This document shows, in pieces, positions 59,985 through 64,000 of a DNA stretch of 64,000 bases. The notes below the pieces were generated by a model. It did not search any database and was not told the origin of the DNA. It saw only the letters and a list, made by a program, of their open reading frames with translations. This DNA comes from Squalus acanthias (taxonomy: Eukaryota). The first letter of the stretch is position 1, and the number at the start of each line of letters is the position of its first letter. A program made the position numbers and the translations under genes. Location: assembly GCA_030390025.1 (NCBI GenBank), contig CM059438.1:63304001-63368000 (forward strand). Reading direction: 5' to 3'.

Positions 59985-60745
59985 TTTTTTCTGGTGATGT
60001 GGGCGTCGCTGGCAAGGACAGCATTTATTGCCCATCCCTAGTTCCCCTTGAGAAGGTGGTGGTGAGCTGCCTTCTTGAACCGCAGCAGTCCGTGTGGTGA
60101 AGATACTCCTACAGTGATATTAGGTAGGGAGTTCCAGGATTTTGACCAACCGACTATGAAGGAATGGTGATATATATCCAAGTCGGGATGGTGTGTGACT
60201 TGGAGGGGAACTTGGAAGTGATCGTGTTCCCACCCACCTGCTGCCCTTCTCCTTCTAGTTGGTGGAGGTCGTAGGTTTGGGAGAGGCTGTCGAAGAATCC
60301 TTGGTGAGTTGCTCCAGTGCATCCTGTAGATGGTACACATTGCAGCCACGGTGCGGCAGTGGTGGAGGGAGTGAATGTTTATGGTAAATGCAATGAGATC
60401 TTGAAAGGTTTTGATAGAGTAAATAAGGAGAAACTGCTTCCACTGGCAGGAGGGTCATTAACCAGAGGACACAGATTTAAGGTATTTGGCAAAAGAACCA
60501 GAGGGGAGATGAAGAAAAAAAATGTATGCAACGAGTTGTTATGCTCTGGAATGCACTGCCTGAAAGGGCGGTGGAAGCAGATTCAATAGTAACTTTCAAA
60601 AGGGAATTGGATAAATACTTGAAAAGGAAAAAAAAATCAAGGCTATGGGGAAAGAGTGAGACTAATTGGACAGCTCTTTCAAAGAGCCGGCACAGGCATG
60701 ATGGGCCGAATGGCCTCCTTCTGTTCTGTAAGATTCTATGATCTT
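59985..60745. mobile_element. LINE 3' fragments (- 59985-60380, family of 22010; + 60385-60745, CR1)
   Basis: Family-specific tails at opposite ends. Confidence 0.75.
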
Positions 60746-61339
60746 TAATGTCTACCTGTACGCAGCAGTGCAGTTTAATGTGTCATCTGAAGGTTGACTC
60801 TTCCAACAACGCTCAATGTCATCGTAGTTTGTGAGCTCAAGACCCAGTGTAGGGCTTGAACCCACAACCTTGCAACCCAAAGGTGAGAATGCTACCAAGT
60901 CAAGCTGATGCATACCCTGCACGTAGTGAGGATAATTTTAGGTTTGTTTGAGAGGTGCGGTTTTTAGAGTTTGTTGTGCCATAATCTGCTTGTGTAACTA
61001 TCCTATGTCAAAAAAGAACCAGATCAGAATCATGGCTTGAGTTTCAGTGTTTGATGCTGATGAGAATGAATTGAAAACTTTAATAATTATGACGCACACC
61101 CAAATGGAAACCAACCGACTTCTATTTAAGATTATAATCTTGGGCTTAGACATTGGATCGCGCTGCATAAATTTTACAGGCATTAGGTCCTTTGCATATG
61201 CAAATAGCGGGCCTAATGCTTGTTTCAGGCTCCCTTTGCAAAATTCGATTACACATGCCTGCAACATGCGCTGTGCAATTTGCAATCAGTTTTGCCAAGC
61301 ATTCAATAGCAAATTAACGAGGCCATTAGTTTAACCACA

Positions 61340-62140
61340 AGGATGAGGATTTTAGAAAGTGTTGCAATAGTCGAGGTGACAAAGGCATAGCTGAAGGTTT
61401 CGACATAGATGAGGGTTTCAGCAGCAGATGGGCTGAGCTGGGGCAGAAGCGCGCGATGGTACGGAAGTGGAAATAGGCGGTCTTTGTGATGGAGAGGATA
61501 TGGGGTCGGAAACTCAGCTCAGGGTAGAAGAGTAAGATGTCATGGTTGCAATGGTCTGGCTCAGCCCAAGACAGTGGCGAGGTGAGGGTTGGAACTGATG
61601 GCAAGCGTACAGAGTTTGTGGCGGGGGCAAAAAATGATGGCTTCAGTACTCCTAATGTTTAGCTGGAGAAAACTGCGACTCATCCAAGCCTGGATGTCAG
61701 ATAAGCAAGGTGACAACACAGTGGAGGGGTCCAGACAGCTGGTGGAGAGGTAGAGGCAAGATTCATCAGCATATATGTGGAACCTGACCCCATGTCTGTA
61801 GGCCATGTTACCAAGGAGCAGCAGGTAGATGAGGAAGTGATGAGGGCCAAGGATAGATCCATGGGGGTTTTGGAGGTAATGTTATGGGCGGGGGGGGGGG
61901 GGTATGAAGAAAAGCCAGTGCTGGAGATGTTCTGGCTACGATTGGATTGGTAAGAGTGGAACCAATTAAGGACAGTCTCACTGAGCTGGTAACGAAGGAT
62001 AGGCATTGGAGGAGGATGGTGTGGCCGACTGTATGAAAGGTTGCAGAGAGATCGAAGAAGTTGAGAAAGGTCACAATCACAGAGGGTGTAATTTGTGACT
62101 TCGGCTAGAGCCGTTTCGGTGCTGTCGCAGGGGCAGAAAG
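61340..62140 (-). mobile_element. Degenerate L2 RT fragment
   Basis: FDLSATFHTV.H.ILL, FHIYADE, FLQLN...TE on the minus strand. Confidence 0.75.
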
Positions 62141-62249
62141 GAGCAGCCGGGACTTTCCCCTATGAACTCCAGAATGTATCCAGAATATTATAACACTTTA
62201 CAAATGCGTGCACATCCCCCCCTGTCGCACTTCAGATGCCACACACTAT

Positions 62250-62500
62250 CTACATGGCACTATTTCGAAGAAGAGCAGGGGAATCTCCCCGGTGTCCTGG
62301 CCAATATTTATCCTTCAACCAACATCACTAAAAACAGATTATCTGGTCATTATCACATTGCTGTATGTGGGAGCTTGCTGTGCGCAAATTGGCTGCCGCG
62401 TTTCCCACATTACAGCAGTGACTACACTTCAAAAATACTTCATTGGCTGTAAAGCACTTTGGGGCGTACTGAGGCGTGACACAGGCGCAAGTTCATTTCT
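62250..62500 (+). mobile_element. Deu-domain SINE 3' part
   Basis: GGCACTATTTCGAAGAAGAGCAGGGG...CATTGGCTGTAAAGCACTTTGGG. Confidence 0.75.
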
Positions 62501-62699
62501 TTCTTTTTTCTTGATGAACTGTGCCTCTTTAAAGTGCTGAACCGTCATAAGTATGAGTATAGAGTAAATGGGGAGTAACAATTCATAAGGTAAAAAAAAA
62601 TAGATGTAACAGTAATTGGTATCACTTTTTGGATAAGACTGTGCAGGGCTGATGGTTTTTTTTTAGTCTAGAATGTGAAACAAACCTTAAGAAATTTAC

Positions 62700-63182
62700 A
62701 GCTTAAGGCGGGAGGGGCGGGCGCAACCAGTAACCATGGCCCTTCTCATGGCCACTTCTGCCAACCGTGCCTGTCAGGAGCTGGGCGGCTCCCTGAGCCT
62801 GATTGGAGACTCGGGGACATTTTTCATTCTGGAACAACAAGGGGTGGACCGACAGCGACCTGTCAACGTGTGAAATATGTGCAGTTGCTTAAGAAAGTCT
62901 CAGTAGCCCGGAAAAGCGGCACAAGTTAGAGAGGGAGCAGAGGGGCAGAATGCTGCACATAGCCCACATTTGATTGTTGCCCCCCCCCCTCCCCGTGTAA
63001 CGCCAGTGTGTTCATTACAGCGCAGTGCGCCACATTTGCGACCTTAATTGCACCGAGCGTAAGATCGACGCACTCGGGGTCTGTTCCGCATTGCCCAGAT
63101 TCTGAGCTCCCGGTTCCCCCGGGAGGTGTGATTTTATCCAGCGAAAGGCAGATAAAGTCCCATCTCTTGCTGGCGCCCCGGG
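62700..63182 (+). promoter_or_regulatory. Candidate CpG-rich promoter and 5'UTR of the unidentified + gene
   Basis: GC boxes GGCGGGAGGGGCGGGC (~62707), reverse CCAAT (GATTGG ~62801), CCGGAA (~62908), elevated CpG through the exon. Confidence 0.45.
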
Positions 63183-63397
63183 ATGTTGCGGTGCGGCGGT
63201 GTAGAAGGTGCGGACGGGCACAGCCGCTTCTCGCAGTTGCTGTCTGCGGACCAGAAAGGGGTCCAGCAAACGGTGGACAGTCTGGTGCTGGGGCTGCACC
63301 AGGATAAGGAGAAGCTGGTCGGGTCTTTCCTGGAGGATCCCAGCTGCCAACAGCTTCTCTTAGCTCTCTGCAGGTCCATGGCTTCGGGAGAGACGCG
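63183..63397 (+). CDS. First coding exon of an unidentified protein (helical, leucine-rich)
   Basis: ATG in CpG-rich non-repeat DNA; 71 codons MLRCGGVEGADGHSRFSQLLSADQKGVQQTVDSLVLGLHQDKEKLVGSFLEDPSCQQLLLALCRSMASGET with GC3-rich codon usage, ending at a strong donor CG|GTGAGT. Confidence 0.65.
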
Positions 63398-63689
63398 GTG
63401 AGTATGCCAAAGTTCTCTCCATATGTGATAGCAGGGCTCTGACTGACAGGTTTACTGGCGATAGGCACTGATCCTGTTTTATTTGCACCACTTCGACTCT
63501 TCAGATTGGGCACAGGACAGACTCAACTTCTGTGCCATCTATCTATGTAATCACATCCCTGCCTACCTGTGGTATATTGTGATATAATATAGAGAGAACC
63601 TACTGTCAATGTGAAAGTGGCAAGCACACAGTGTGCGTTTGTGTATGCATATGTGTGTATGTATGTGAACATGCTTGTTTGTTTGTTTT

Positions 63690-64000
63690 TATTCATTCTT
63701 GGGATGTGGGCGTCGCTGGCAAGGCCAGCATTTATTGCCCGTCCCTAATTGCCCTTGAGAAGGTGGTGGTGAGCCGCCTTCTTGAACCACTGCAGTCCGT
63801 GTGGTGAAGGTACTCCCACAGTGCTGTTAGGGAGGGAGTTCCAGGATTTTGATCCAGCGACGATGAATGATCGGCGATATACTTCTAAGTCAGGATGGTG
63901 TGTGACTTGGAGGGGAACTTGGAGGTGGTGGTGTTCCCATGCGCCTGCTGCCCTTGTCCTTCTAGGTGCAAGAGGTCGCAGGTTTGGGAGGTGCTGCCGA
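63690..64000 (-). mobile_element. LINE 3' end (family of 22010-24170), truncated by the window end
   Basis: GGGATGTGGGCGTCGCTGGCAAGGCCAGCATTTATTGCCC tail. Confidence 0.85.

Noticed and set aside
62926..63513. 195-aa minus-strand ORF
   Set aside because: Antisense shadow of the GC-rich + strand exon; low-complexity composition.

Overview
Eukaryotic, repeat-rich vertebrate DNA. The repeat complement (CR1 and L2 LINEs, Deu-domain tRNA-SINEs, an HE1-type V-SINE, Penelope fragments) points to a cartilaginous fish (shark or ray). Almost all ORFs in the track are spurious or retroelement debris, and the real genes are spliced. Three genes are supported: (1) the last four coding exons of a CLIC3-like chloride intracellular channel on + (1028-10224); (2) a complete 7-coding-exon PAXX (NHEJ factor, 210 aa) on - (53132-33357), tail-to-tail with CLIC3 as in human 9q34.3, with a probable non-coding first exon and promoter near 57.3 kb; (3) the first coding exon of an unidentified + strand gene at 63183-63397. 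Introns and intergenic DNA hold nested mobile elements. The most notable non-genic structures are: three minimal hammerhead ribozymes in Penelope-like insertions in PAXX introns; a Harbinger-type MITE family with covarying hairpins and an exactly spaced array of splice donors lying antisense in both host genes; a ~380-bp-arm foldback in a PAXX intron; an internally deleted two-ORF Harbinger; a Vingi-like retrotransposon with an 8-bp TSD; and candidate CTCF sites. Coordinates of degenerate repeats are approximate. Family assignments rest on recalled motifs, not database searches.
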